Assembly (NCBI GenBank): GCA_040751815.1
Contig: JBFMHQ010000002.1
Coordinates: 5,577-69,576 of the forward strand
DNA from: Bacillota bacterium
GTDB taxonomy: Bacteria > Bacillota > Desulfotomaculia > Desulfotomaculales > UBA12532
Length of the DNA stretch: 64,000 nucleotides
Reading direction: 5' to 3'
This document shows, in pieces, positions 1 to 8,871 of the stretch. Made by a program: the position numbers and the translations under genes. Numbering within the stretch: position 1 is the stretch's first letter; the number at the start of each line of letters is the position of its first letter. The notes under the pieces are model-generated. The model was not told the origin of the DNA and searched no databases. It was given only the letters and a program-made list of their open reading frames with translations.

Positions 1-568
1 CCGGAAGGGTCCGTATCCACCGGTCGCGGGCGATTTCCGGGTTGTAAAAGAAGAGTGCGCCGTTAGTAGGGTCCCTCCCGTGCAATGCTTCGATGGCGGC
101 CCGTATGGCTTCCTCATCGGGGTCAAGGTTGATACTCCCGTCAGCTACCGGGGTGAACTGATATACACCATTGGTTTTTTCGTAAATAACATCCCGGATC
201 GTCTTAGGAAAAGCCGGATTCCGGGTCCTGTTTAAAATAACGGCGCCAACCGCCACCTTCCCTTCAAAGCTTTCCCCGCGCGCTTCGGCGTGGATAATTC
301 GCGCCAGGAGCATCACGTCGTCCTGGTTGTAGTTCTCCAAAAAAACGTGGCGCCGCGGGATAATCAGTCTTTGTCCCGGGAAAATCAGGGCACCTTCAAG
401 ATTGTTGACGTTCATCAGCACGGCCAGCTGGACCCCGTATTGCCTGCTGATGCCGTACAGGGTATCACCGGGATTAACGGTGTGGGCCACATTTTGGCCC
501 GCCTGGGCTGCTACCGGTAAGGAAAGAATGGCGGCCGCCCAGAAAACCCCGATTAACCTTTTAAACAT
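1..568 (-). CDS. LysM-domain cell wall hydrolase, SleB/CwlJ (Hydrolase_2) type; 3' end cut by window edge
   Basis: Not in the ORF track because it runs off the edge. Reverse translation from ATG 568-566 (RBS AGGGAGG at 573-579) gives MFKRLIGVFWAAAILSLPVAAQAGQNVAHTVNPGDTLYGISRQYGVQLA..., a signal peptide plus a LysM motif. This is followed by ...ARIIHAEARGES.EGKVAVGAVILNR..., typical of the spore-cortex-lytic hydrolase fold. Confidence 0.8.
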   Translation of the reverse strand, partial: MFKRLIGVFWAAAILSLPVAAQAGQNVAHTVNPGDTLYGISRQYGVQLAVLMNVNNLEGALIFPGQRLIIPRRHVFLENYNQDDVMLLARIIHAEARGESFEGKVAVGAVILNRTRNPAFPKTIRDVIYEKTNGVYQFTPVADGSINLDPDEEAIRAAIEALHGRDPTNGALFFYNPEIARDRWIRTLP

Positions 569-644
569 CGAAACCTCCCTTCAGAGCTATTTTTCATGTC
601 TAAGGATGCGTCGTATACCACCATTTTTATACGCTTAAGGCAAC

Positions 645-675
645 ATTTAAAAATTAAACCGGGCCTATGGCCCGG
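645..675 (-). terminator. Intrinsic terminator after the helicase-loader gene
   Basis: Stem CCGGGCC-ata-GGCCCGG (659-675), followed on the minus strand by TTTAATTTTTA. It lies 5 nt after the stop at 680. Confidence 0.6.
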
Positions 676-679
676 AACT

Positions 680-1408
680 TCAGGGTCCCTGCACCTCCCG
701 GCGGGCAGCAATGCGTATATCCACATCCACAGCCAGCCGACAGACCCGGCACATTTGCACCAGACGCGAGGTGGTACGCTCCCCGAGATAAGTATTTAAT
801 TCCTCCAGGTCCAGATTGGTGGTCACTACCGTAGGTAACCGGTAATTAAGCCGGTGGTTGAGGATTGAATACAGCTTCTGTTGCGCCCAGGGGGTATATT
901 GATGCGCTCCAAGGTCGTCCAGAATTAGTAGCTGCACCTCACGGGCCGTGTCTAAAAGATCGCGCTCCGTTAATTCGTCCTGTCCTCCGTCGTAGGTCGC
1001 ACGGATGCGATCCAGAAAATCCGGTACAACGAGAAATAGAGCTTCTTTGCCGGCGTCGAGAACGGCGTTGGCGATGCAGCAGGCAAGAAACGTCTTGCCA
1101 CTACCAACGCGGCCCGTAATAAGAAGACCATCGCACGGTTCACCCGCCTTGATCCGGTCCGCCACGGCCTGCGCTGCTTGAAACGCCAGGCGGGCCGTTT
1201 CGTAATAAGAGCGTCCCTTATCTGTATCGTAGTGGTGCCGGGAGTAATACTTAAAGTTAAAGTTCGAAAAGGTATACGTACGCATCAGGGGGCTTAATTG
1301 CGCTTCCGAAAAAAGATTTGCCAGGGCGCGTTGCCGCGCACAGGCACAGCGGATGGCAGTCGTGCCCCGCAAGATAATCCCTCGGTCCTGGCAAAGAGGA
1401 CAAGACAT
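680..1408 (-). CDS. DnaC/DnaI-family replicative helicase loader ATPase
   Basis: N-terminal CPLCQDRG zinc motif, Walker A GRVGSGKTF, Walker B LLILDDLG. Sits immediately downstream of a DnaD-domain gene. Confidence 0.85.
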   Translation of the reverse strand: MSCPLCQDRGIILRGTTAIRCACARQRALANLFSEAQLSPLMRTYTFSNFNFKYYSRHHYDTDKGRSYYETARLAFQAAQAVADRIKAGEPCDGLLITGRVGSGKTFLACCIANAVLDAGKEALFLVVPDFLDRIRATYDGGQDELTERDLLDTAREVQLLILDDLGAHQYTPWAQQKLYSILNHRLNYRLPTVVTTNLDLEELNTYLGERTTSRLVQMCRVCRLAVDVDIRIAARREVQGP

Positions 1409-1441
1409 TGAAACTATCGCCTCACTTAATTGCTTGAGATG

Positions 1442-2209
1442 CTAGAGGTAAAGGCTTCTAAGGATGGCCTTTTCCCTGGCCCTCCCCTGGCGAGTTCCCT
1501 TTTTACGGCGCTCCTGGAAGGAGCGCTCGTAGGCGTCTACTTCTTCCAGGGTGCGGATATTGTTTTTCTGCCATTCCAGCAATATACTGTCGATATACTT
1601 GAAGTTATGTTTGCCCAGTAAAACGGCACGGCGCAATGCTTCCTGGACGAGTACGGCGCCACTCTCGCTCTGCCACCGACGGATCTGTTCGACTTCCAGC
1701 GGCGAGAGCGGACGTCCAAACTCGCTGGCGAAAAGACGGTAAAGGTCTGCGAGTTCCGGGTCGGTTGGTCCTTCTTCCTGCTTCTGTAACATTTGCTGTG
1801 CTTTTTCGATCTCCTGTAGCTTGGAGAAAGCCCAGAGCTCAGATAATTTCTCAAAAAGGGGTTCAAGGTCATACCCCTGTACAACGGCTCCACGTCCCTC
1901 ATGGTAATACTGGGTTACGGCCAGGACCTGTTTCCGGGCAAGGCTGGCAAGCTCCTTGGCCGCTTGCTCGGCCCCGCCGGAAAGGTATTCACCGAGTTGC
2001 TTTTCGGAAGGAAAAAGTTCGCCTTCCTGGCGTAGACGCAGCAGGTGCATAAGGAGCATTACTTCCCCTTCGGTCAACCCCATCCGCCTGTAACATTTGA
2101 GGAGAATGCCGGGTACGGCAACAATCCCCTCGGTAAAGAGGTCCGTACCAAAAGCGGCAGTAATATTCCCTTCCCGGTACTTCTTAAAGGCGTTTGTGTT
2201 GCGGCCCAC
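1442..2209 (-). CDS. DnaD/DnaB_2-domain replication initiation protein
   Basis: 255 aa, GTG start. The C-terminal region ...FGRPLSPLEVEQIRRW...VLVQEALRRAVLLGKHNFKYIDSILLEWQKNNI is the DnaD-like repeat. Paired with the helicase loader. Confidence 0.8.
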   Translation of the reverse strand: MGRNTNAFKKYREGNITAAFGTDLFTEGIVAVPGILLKCYRRMGLTEGEVMLLMHLLRLRQEGELFPSEKQLGEYLSGGAEQAAKELASLARKQVLAVTQYYHEGRGAVVQGYDLEPLFEKLSELWAFSKLQEIEKAQQMLQKQEEGPTDPELADLYRLFASEFGRPLSPLEVEQIRRWQSESGAVLVQEALRRAVLLGKHNFKYIDSILLEWQKNNIRTLEEVDAYERSFQERRKKGTRQGRAREKAILRSLYL

Positions 2210-2351
2210 TATACCGTATCCCCCATTCGGAACTATATTCTATGTGAGCCGGGAGTAAGTGTCCAACACCTGTACAGGGGCAGGGGTCCCGCGAAGCGGC
2301 CTTTACGGCCTTGCCTGGCAGGACGTACAACCCGCGCGGCGTTTCTCGAAC

Positions 2352-3086
2352 TTAGTTATCGGCGATGGATTTAACAACTGAAATGCCGTTTAACGCCATA
2401 TGGTATAAAGCCCAGATATGGTTGGCGTCGGCCGGGTGGGGTAGGGCCCTGACACTTCTGGCGGCGGTTACAGGGAGGTCGTACGTTGTCACGGCGTCCT
2501 CCGGGACGACCACTTCTACCGGCAGGTCGAGGCTGTTGCCCAGTAGCTTAAGGGACAAGGCGCACTGCAACACGCAGAGATCGGTGCAGTTGCCGACCAC
2601 TATAAAGAGCGTCACTTTACGTGTTCGCAAAAGGTCTCGGACAAACGGCAAGTAGTCTTTCTCGGCGCCATCCGGATACCTTTTACCACGGGCGCTGAAT
2701 ACGGCCGTGGTGGCATTTTTACCGAAAACGTAGCTTCCCTGCAAATAGGATTCCAGTTCCTCCACAACATCGCCTTCGGCCGTCCCAGAAAGACAATGCG
2801 GGGGAAAAACGGCAAATTCGGCGGCTTCCGCCGTATGCGCATCGTTCAAGAAAAGCAGGTAGCGGCCCCCACGGTCGCGGTACTGCCCGGCAAGCCGTGC
2901 AATGACCGGAATCAGACCCGCGATACGCGGGCTGGCGAGGGGCCCTATCCGGCAAAAGCCGTTTATCATATCCACAACTGCGAGCGCGATCTTCTCCATG
3001 CCGCCGGCTTGCCGCGCCAGGTCATGCCAGGACACCGACTGGAGTGTATCCTTAAACGTTTTGAGAACAGCAACAATTTCTTCCAT
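2352..3086 (-). CDS. Isochorismatase-family cysteine hydrolase (nicotinamidase-like)
   Basis: ALAVVDMINGF..., FPPHCL, FIVVGNCTDLCVLQCALSL (catalytic Cys motif). Start refined to ATG 3086 (MEEIV...) with a GGGGGG RBS; the track ORF extends to 3116. Confidence 0.8.
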   Translation of the reverse strand: MEEIVAVLKTFKDTLQSVSWHDLARQAGGMEKIALAVVDMINGFCRIGPLASPRIAGLIPVIARLAGQYRDRGGRYLLFLNDAHTAEAAEFAVFPPHCLSGTAEGDVVEELESYLQGSYVFGKNATTAVFSARGKRYPDGAEKDYLPFVRDLLRTRKVTLFIVVGNCTDLCVLQCALSLKLLGNSLDLPVEVVVPEDAVTTYDLPVTAARSVRALPHPADANHIWALYHMALNGISVVKSIADN

Positions 3087-3109
3087 CACAACTAACCCCC
3101 CGCGATTTC

Positions 3110-3391
3110 CTACCATACCTCTAAAAGGTGGGAGGTAACCTCTATTTCCGGTATAGCCTCGATATACTGCAGTACCCGCGCAAGCAGGCGTTCCACGTGC
3201 CCGGCAGAGTTGCTTATAGTTACGATCCCAACGGTAACCGCCTTCCAGCTTCCGTTTCCGCCCACTTCGGCAGAGGCAACGTTATAGCGGTTGCGCAACC
3301 TGTCCAGAAGTCCGCGCAATACCCGGCGCCTATCCTTAAGGGACGCCGCTCCGGGCAAAAAAAGGTCTACGGTCAGAACGCCGACAAACAC
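3110..3391 (-). CDS. DUF503 (YlxP-like) small protein
   Basis: VFVGVLTVDLFLPGAASLKDRRRVLRGLLDRLRNRYNVASAEVG...W..VTVGIVTISNSAGHVERLL matches the DUF503 pattern. Start refined to GTG 3391. The N-terminal 67 codons of track ORF 3110..3592 are Arg/Pro-rich and overlap the divergent DUF456 gene. Confidence 0.7.
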   Translation of the reverse strand: MFVGVLTVDLFLPGAASLKDRRRVLRGLLDRLRNRYNVASAEVGGNGSWKAVTVGIVTISNSAGHVERLLARVLQYIEAIPEIEVTSHLLEVW

Positions 3392-3500
3392 CTTTTTCCC
3401 CTGGATAGGTGGCAGTTGACAGAGTACCCCTTCTCTGGTATGATGCACCGGAAAGCCCGTCCCCTTTCCCGCATCTCCTCTGCTGGAGGACGGTTGCGTT

Positions 3501-3980
3501 ATGGCTATTCTTGCCCTCGCCCTTGCCGTGGTCTGTTTCGCCGCCGGCGTGGCCGGAATTATTCTCCCTGTTCTTCCCGGCCCGCCCCTCATCTGGTTAG
3601 GAATGTTACTGTACGGACTCCTGACCGGATTTGAGCATATCTCCTGGATGTTTCTCCTGCTTCAGGCTGCCCTGGTCGCCCTGACCTTTGTTGTCGATTA
3701 CCTGGCCAACGCGTGGGGCGTCAGGCGCTTCGGCGGTTCCCGCGCCGCCATCTGGGGCGGCGGCATCGGCCTTCTCCTTGGCGCCTTTATTTTCGGCCCC
3801 GCAGGTATTGTCCTGGGTCCGTTTGCAGGTGCCTTCCTGGGGGAGCTTCTTACCGGCCGTCACCCTGCACAAGCCTTTCGGGCAGGTATCGGTACACTCC
3901 TCGGCTTTGCCGGTGGCACAGCCATAAAACTCTGTATCGCCGCAGGGATGATAACCTGGTTCTTCATCACCGCTTATTAA
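3501..3980 (+). CDS. DUF456 family membrane protein
   Basis: 159 aa, 4 predicted TM helices. GIILPVLPGPPLIWLG and WGVRRFGGS motifs; GGAGGA RBS upstream. Confidence 0.75.
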   Translation: MAILALALAVVCFAAGVAGIILPVLPGPPLIWLGMLLYGLLTGFEHISWMFLLLQAALVALTFVVDYLANAWGVRRFGGSRAAIWGGGIGLLLGAFIFGPAGIVLGPFAGAFLGELLTGRHPAQAFRAGIGTLLGFAGGTAIKLCIAAGMITWFFITAY

Positions 3981-4746
3981 CCGCGCTCTGTGCCAGGAGA
4001 GCCGCCCCGAGGGCGCCGGTTATCTGCGGCTCCGGCGGCAACAGCAAGCGTTCTCCAAGCTTATTTTCTATGGCTCGAACGACCCCGGCGTTCTTGGCCA
4101 CGCCGCCCGTCATAACCACCGGCGGCGCCAGGCCTACCCGGTGTACAAGGTTGGCCGTTCGCTCGGCAACCGCGTTGCACAGGCCGTGGGCGATTTCTTC
4201 CCGGGAGGTACCCCGGGCAATAAGGGAAACCACCTCCGATTCGGCAAAGACGGTGCACATACTACTAATGGCTGCGGCCTTCCGTGCCTTTAGGGCGAGC
4301 CCTGCAAGCGTCTCCAGGTCAACCTCCAGCGCACGGGCCATAACTTCCAGGAATCGCCCGGTACCCGCAGCGCACTTGTCGTTCATGGCAAAATCCAGTA
4401 CCTTACCGCCGGGAGCCATCCGGATAACTTTACTGTCCTGACCGCCGATATCAATTACCGTTCGCGCGTCCGGAAAAAGATGGGCCACACCCCGTGCATG
4501 ACAGGAAATTTCCGTTACCTGGCGCGTCGCGAAGGGCACGCTGACCCGCCCGTAACCGGTGGCCACGATAGCAATAATATCCTCCCCGGCCACGGCCGCC
4601 TTGGTCAGTGCGGCGTCCAGCACCTTTTCCGCAGCTGTGCGACTATTTGCGCCGGTAGGCATGATGGCGTAAGCCAGAATGTTCCCTTCACGAAGCAGGA
4701 CGGCTTCGGCCGAAAGGGATCCTATGTCGATACCCGCAAAAACCAC
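3967..4746 (-). CDS. HgdC-type activase: BadF/BadG/BcrA/BcrD-family ATPase (2-hydroxyacyl-CoA dehydratase activator-like)
   Basis: FAGIDIGSLS, ATGYGR, IDIGGQDSK, NDKCAAGTGRFLE, VMTGGVAKN. Start refined to GTG 4746, one nt after the upstream TAA (4750-4748), giving 259 aa, the usual size for this family. Confidence 0.85.
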   Translation of the reverse strand: MVFAGIDIGSLSAEAVLLREGNILAYAIMPTGANSRTAAEKVLDAALTKAAVAGEDIIAIVATGYGRVSVPFATRQVTEISCHARGVAHLFPDARTVIDIGGQDSKVIRMAPGGKVLDFAMNDKCAAGTGRFLEVMARALEVDLETLAGLALKARKAAAISSMCTVFAESEVVSLIARGTSREEIAHGLCNAVAERTANLVHRVGLAPPVVMTGGVAKNAGVVRAIENKLGERLLLPPEPQITGALGAALLAQSAVNKR

Positions 4747-4747
4747 G

Positions 4748-6016
4748 TTATACCACCGTCCGGTCCTCGAGCATTTCAAGAAAGGCGTCCAGGCGCGTTC
4801 GCAATTGTTCCGGGGCGTAATCGCGCCGGTCGATACAGTCCCCCTGCAGAGCCAGAAACGGCAGACCTTCCTGTTGCACCAGCCTCCCCAATAAGTGTAA
4901 TGCACCCGTGGTGGCACGGCAACCCTGATGGGCAAACATTACCACCCCATCTGCACGGTAGCACCGGGCGAGGCTTACAAGAACTGCAGCCCGTTCCGTC
5001 GTCGTGTGGTAGGCATGGTGGGCCAGCGTCTTTCTTGCCAGACCGCGCCAGGGAGAGACGCCTGCCAAGGAAGGCCAGTAAACGTAATTCATCTCCTCGA
5101 AGACGATAGCCGCGCCTCTTTCCTCCTCAAGGTAGTTAAGAAGGGAGGGGTCGAAGTACGGTTTGAGATGCAACCATAGCAGCCGCGGCTTTCTCGTTTT
5201 TTCTCGTGCAGGTTGGCGTGCTGCTTCCCGGGCCAGGTCGGTATAAACGGCAGCGGCCTGGGGGTCGCCCTGCCCTACGAAAAGGAGGTAAACAAAGTTC
5301 AGCATGTCACTCCCGCGCCAGGGGACATCCCCCACCCGGGCAAGGTTCGCCGCCACCGCGGCATTGCGAAACCGCTCCGAGGCTTCTACAGCGTGCACCA
5401 GCCTTTCTGGATGCCACGTCAGACGGCAAACCGCGGCCAGTTCCCGGGCTATGTCACGTAACTGCGCGGCGATGTATGCTTCGGCCTCCGGCGTGCGCTC
5501 CCGCGGTACGTCGAGAAAAAAAGTTCTGGCCCCCGTGAGGCGCCCTACAGCCTCGAAGGTTTTCGGTGCACTGTCGCAGATGTGTCCGGTGGCAAGCAAC
5601 GCCGTTGGGGACGGGAAATATCCTTTGAGGGTAGCCCCAAGAACACAGCGGTGAAAGGAACAGAGGTCCCTGTCGTACCAGAATCGCTCCGCCGTGTCTA
5701 GACATTCTTCGGCCAGGCCCAAAGAGGCCAGGAGAGCGGCTGCAACCTCAGGGGAGAAAACCGTCAGGCCGAGGGCGTGCGGGATTTCCGTTGGGAAAAA
5801 GGCGCTGGTCCACACTACAGGCGCCACCCCCGTGTAGGCGCGCTCGGTCTGCTGCAGCGCGTAAAGCGCCATTTGCCGGCTCGTTTCGAGGGGGAAATGG
5901 CTGTGCCGGACCGCCCCGCGGAGGAGACGATAAGTCCACGGGGACCTCAGAACCCGGGTCTTAAGACCGTCCTTGATCTTTACTGCCAGAGCCTCCTGAA
6001 GGTTCAGGATCGCCAC
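4748..6016 (-). CDS. 2-hydroxyacyl-CoA dehydratase / benzoyl-CoA reductase family subunit (HGD-D domain)
   Basis: 422 aa. Motifs FFPTEIPHALG, DLCSFHRC, TGHICDSAPK, FAHQGCRATTG, LQGDCIDRRDY. GTG start overlaps the upstream subunit by 13 nt. Confidence 0.8.
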   Translation of the reverse strand: MAILNLQEALAVKIKDGLKTRVLRSPWTYRLLRGAVRHSHFPLETSRQMALYALQQTERAYTGVAPVVWTSAFFPTEIPHALGLTVFSPEVAAALLASLGLAEECLDTAERFWYDRDLCSFHRCVLGATLKGYFPSPTALLATGHICDSAPKTFEAVGRLTGARTFFLDVPRERTPEAEAYIAAQLRDIARELAAVCRLTWHPERLVHAVEASERFRNAAVAANLARVGDVPWRGSDMLNFVYLLFVGQGDPQAAAVYTDLAREAARQPAREKTRKPRLLWLHLKPYFDPSLLNYLEEERGAAIVFEEMNYVYWPSLAGVSPWRGLARKTLAHHAYHTTTERAAVLVSLARCYRADGVVMFAHQGCRATTGALHLLGRLVQQEGLPFLALQGDCIDRRDYAPEQLRTRLDAFLEMLEDRTVV

Positions 6017-7068
6017 CCCCTGTGCAGCAATTCCGCAAAGGCCTCAACCCTGGTCCGCATCTGGCCGGTTGCGGCATCGCCATATTCACCTTGCAAAAAA
6101 ATTGCCGGAAGACCTGCTTCTTCAAAAACGGCCCGCACCTGCGGGAAATCATGCATGGCGAAGTCGCAGAACTTCAGGGCGAAATAGATCATTCCCGCGC
6201 AAGGGATGGATTTAATTATGCTGCGCAAATACGCCAGCCGGCTCTCCAGGGTCATGCGCGGGCACGGCGCGCGGTTGAGGTACCGGCGGGCCAGATTAAA
6301 GAAAAGGTCCTCTTCCCCCGACGGTGCAGCCTCGTCACCGACTTGCAAAGGCCGGGAACCGGCGCAGCTATCGTCCATAGCCACGCGAAGGCCGCATTCC
6401 TCAACCAGAGAAACGATGTCGTCCGGGACCACGCAACCCGTTAGAAATATGGCGGGCCCGGCGGGAGCCGGGGGGTAGCACTCGTTCGGCGGCGCGGTCG
6501 GCAGTTCCGCAGGCGCCCTCTCGGCTGCGCGTAATACGGCACGCCTGTAGACTGCCCCTGCACAGGACAAGGGCCCGCAAAGTTCACGGAGCAGGATGCG
6601 CTGGCGAACGTATCTTTCTACGGCCTCCCGGAGCAAGACCTCCCCTGCGCTTCCGGACGGTAGCCCCAGTACCGAAGCCAAACGGCGTAACTGCGCAGCA
6701 AAGAAGGTGGCTGCCTCCTCCCCGCTCCGGCGGGGTACATCGAGGAAGTAGACGGGCGGGGATGGCAGAGTGGCACGCCAGGCGCTGTACAAATGGACCA
6801 TCGCCGTACAGGATCCTGCTACTACTATAAGGTCGAGTTTACCCCATACTCCGCGCACGCCTCCGGTCAGACAGGCGCGGGCAAAGGAACAGAGATTGGC
6901 GGCCAGATAAGGAGGCAATTCATCCCCCGCCGCCTGCGGGGGTTCCAGACGCAGCGGTGCAAAGCCCGCCGCTGCCAGAATTTCCACCGGGGTGTAGGTA
7001 CAGAAATACCCGGCCCGTTTGCGGGGCGCCGGTACGCCTGAAGATCCATCATAAAAAGAGGGGATCAT
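6004..7068 (-). CDS. 2-hydroxyacyl-CoA dehydratase / benzoyl-CoA reductase family subunit (second, divergent paralog)
   Basis: GYFCTYTPVEILAAAGF, ANLCSFARAC, AGSCTAMV, LTGCVVPDD, DDSCAG, YFALKFCDFAMHDF. Start taken at ATG 7068 (MIPSFYDG...). The track ORF to 7203 would overlap the TPR gene. Confidence 0.75.
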   Translation of the reverse strand: MIPSFYDGSSGVPAPRKRAGYFCTYTPVEILAAAGFAPLRLEPPQAAGDELPPYLAANLCSFARACLTGGVRGVWGKLDLIVVAGSCTAMVHLYSAWRATLPSPPVYFLDVPRRSGEEAATFFAAQLRRLASVLGLPSGSAGEVLLREAVERYVRQRILLRELCGPLSCAGAVYRRAVLRAAERAPAELPTAPPNECYPPAPAGPAIFLTGCVVPDDIVSLVEECGLRVAMDDSCAGSRPLQVGDEAAPSGEEDLFFNLARRYLNRAPCPRMTLESRLAYLRSIIKSIPCAGMIYFALKFCDFAMHDFPQVRAVFEEAGLPAIFLQGEYGDAATGQMRTRVEAFAELLHRGWRS

Positions 7069-7163
7069 AAGGTCCCTCGCTCCAGCCTGGCTGGCCTGGC
7101 CAACCTTTACCGGATAGTGTATAGTGCAGGTTTTTTCCAGGAATGTGGCTCTTGGAATACATT

Positions 7164-7547
7164 TCAATCCTGGCCGACTTCTACCAGATGGCTGATTAAA
7201 CACCTGGCCTGGAAACGCTTTAGTTCACCAAAGAGAGGTTCCAGGTTTCCGCCACCCTCTCCGGCGCAATAGCGCTCCAGGTAGTACAAAACGGTTTCGA
7301 TTTCGGCGGCCAGTTCCTTGTCTTCGGTAAGGGTGGCGAATTCACTTAAGCATTCGTAGGCTTCCTCTACGTTTCCCTGCCAGAGGGCGATCAACCCGAG
7401 GCCGTACCACGCCGCGCCGCACACCTCGTCTATGGCGATAATTTGCCGGAAAAAGGCGCGTGCCGCGGGGTAGTCCTCGCGCTCGACCGCCAGTTTCGCC
7501 TGTTCCAGGTAGTTTAAGATTTCCCTGCCTCTGGCCTGCTCCGCCAC
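7164..7547 (-). CDS. Small TPR-repeat protein
   Basis: 127 aa. AKLAVEREDYPAARAFFRQIIAIDEVCGAAWYGLGLIALWQGNVEEAYECL reads as two TPR units. First gene of the co-directional four-gene block. Confidence 0.6.
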   Translation of the reverse strand: MAEQARGREILNYLEQAKLAVEREDYPAARAFFRQIIAIDEVCGAAWYGLGLIALWQGNVEEAYECLSEFATLTEDKELAAEIETVLYYLERYCAGEGGGNLEPLFGELKRFQARCLISHLVEVGQD

Positions 7548-7656
7548 GGCACCGGCCTCCGCATGCTACATTCGCGGTATGTTAATTCTGTTCCTTCCAG
7601 GGCAAAGGAATCGGCTTGCGCGTACAGAATAAGGGTACGGAGGAGGCTTCAAGGGT

Positions 7657-8871
7657 ATGCGCCATATTATACAAGTGCTCGCCGCCGCAGCCCTGGTCGG
7701 GCTGGTTTCTTTCGTTTTCCTCCTTCGCCCCGGTCCCCCGCAGGTTACGGCGCCCCTTACCGCCGCGGAAACTGAGCACCCTGCCGTAATCACGCTAGCC
7801 GCTGTGGGTGATTTGCTCATGCATATGCCGGTCGTCAACGCGGCGCGTGACGGACAGAGCGGGACTTATGATTTCAGCGCGATATTCGCACCGGTCAGGC
7901 CGTACATAAGCTTTCCCGACTTCGCCATTGCCAACCTCGAAACCCGGCTCGCCGGGGCTGCGAGGGGCTACTGCGGCTACCCGCTCTTCAATACACCCGC
8001 ACAGTTAGCATATGACCTGCGGAAAGCAGGCGTGGACCTTGTAGCTACGGCTAACAACCACAGCCTGGATATGGGGTGGGACGGAATTGTGCAGACCCTG
8101 GATAATCTGGACGCCGCCGGCGTGGCCCACGTCGGTACCTATCGCAACGCCACAGAAAAGGCCACCCCCTTTATCGCCGACGTCCACGGCGTCAGGGTGG
8201 CCATCCTCAACTACACCGCCAGCACCAACGGGCTTCCCGTCCCGCCCGGCAAGGATTTCGCGGTGAACATCCTTGACCCGCAAGTTGTCGTGGCCGAGGC
8301 CAGGGCGGCGCGCCGGATGGACGCCGACCTAGTCGTAGCCATTCTCCATTTTGGTAACGAGTACCAGCGTTGGCCAACCCAGGAACAGCGGCAACTGGCC
8401 AGGGAACTGTGTGCGGGAGGCGTGGACGTCATTATCGGCTCCCACCCCCACGTGGTCCAACCTATCGAGCGTCTTACCGTGATGCGGAACGGCAAGACAT
8501 ACGGGTGCGTAGTCGCTTACTCGCTTGGGAACTTCATCTCCAACCAGCGCTGGCGGTATTCCGACAGCGGCATCGTCCTCTACCTGCGCATTGAAAAGGA
8601 CCACCATGGTACACGGATACGGAGTGTGGAATATCTTCCCGTCTGGGTGCAGAAAAAGGCAGTTGCCGGTCGCTGGATATACCGTGTACTGCCGGTAACG
8701 CCGGATATCCCTGCCGCGGCGACCTCCCTCACGGACCCCGAGCGGCAGCGTATGGCGGAAGTCTGGGAGGAACTTACAACGCATCTGAACAATCCGGCCC
8801 AGGGAATTTTCCCTTACGTGGCCGCTGTTTCCACAGAGCCTCAAGGCGCACGTTCTCCAGGGAAGCCCTAA
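7657..8871 (+). CDS. CapA/PgsA-family metallophosphatase-fold protein (poly-gamma-glutamate capsule synthesis-like)
   Basis: N-terminal TM helix, then LAAVGDLLMH, ANLE, ATANNHSLDMG, HFGNEY, GSHPHVVQP. GGAGGAGG RBS. Confidence 0.8.
   Translation: MRHIIQVLAAAALVGLVSFVFLLRPGPPQVTAPLTAAETEHPAVITLAAVGDLLMHMPVVNAARDGQSGTYDFSAIFAPVRPYISFPDFAIANLETRLAGAARGYCGYPLFNTPAQLAYDLRKAGVDLVATANNHSLDMGWDGIVQTLDNLDAAGVAHVGTYRNATEKATPFIADVHGVRVAILNYTASTNGLPVPPGKDFAVNILDPQVVVAEARAARRMDADLVVAILHFGNEYQRWPTQEQRQLARELCAGGVDVIIGSHPHVVQPIERLTVMRNGKTYGCVVAYSLGNFISNQRWRYSDSGIVLYLRIEKDHHGTRIRSVEYLPVWVQKKAVAGRWIYRVLPVTPDIPAAATSLTDPERQRMAEVWEELTTHLNNPAQGIFPYVAAVSTEPQGARSPGKP

Noticed and set aside
3392-3592. Long form of the DUF503 ORF (160 aa).
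   Set aside because: The extra N-terminal 67 residues are Arg/Ala/Pro-rich and overlap the divergent DUF456 start region. The DUF503 family is about 90-95 aa, and a GTG with an upstream purine-rich stretch fits that length.
7069-7203. N-terminal extension of the first dehydratase-family subunit, overlapping the TPR gene.
   Set aside because: The family homology starts at about MIPSFYDG...GYFCTYTP. The extension overlaps the TPR gene's 3' end and has no RBS.
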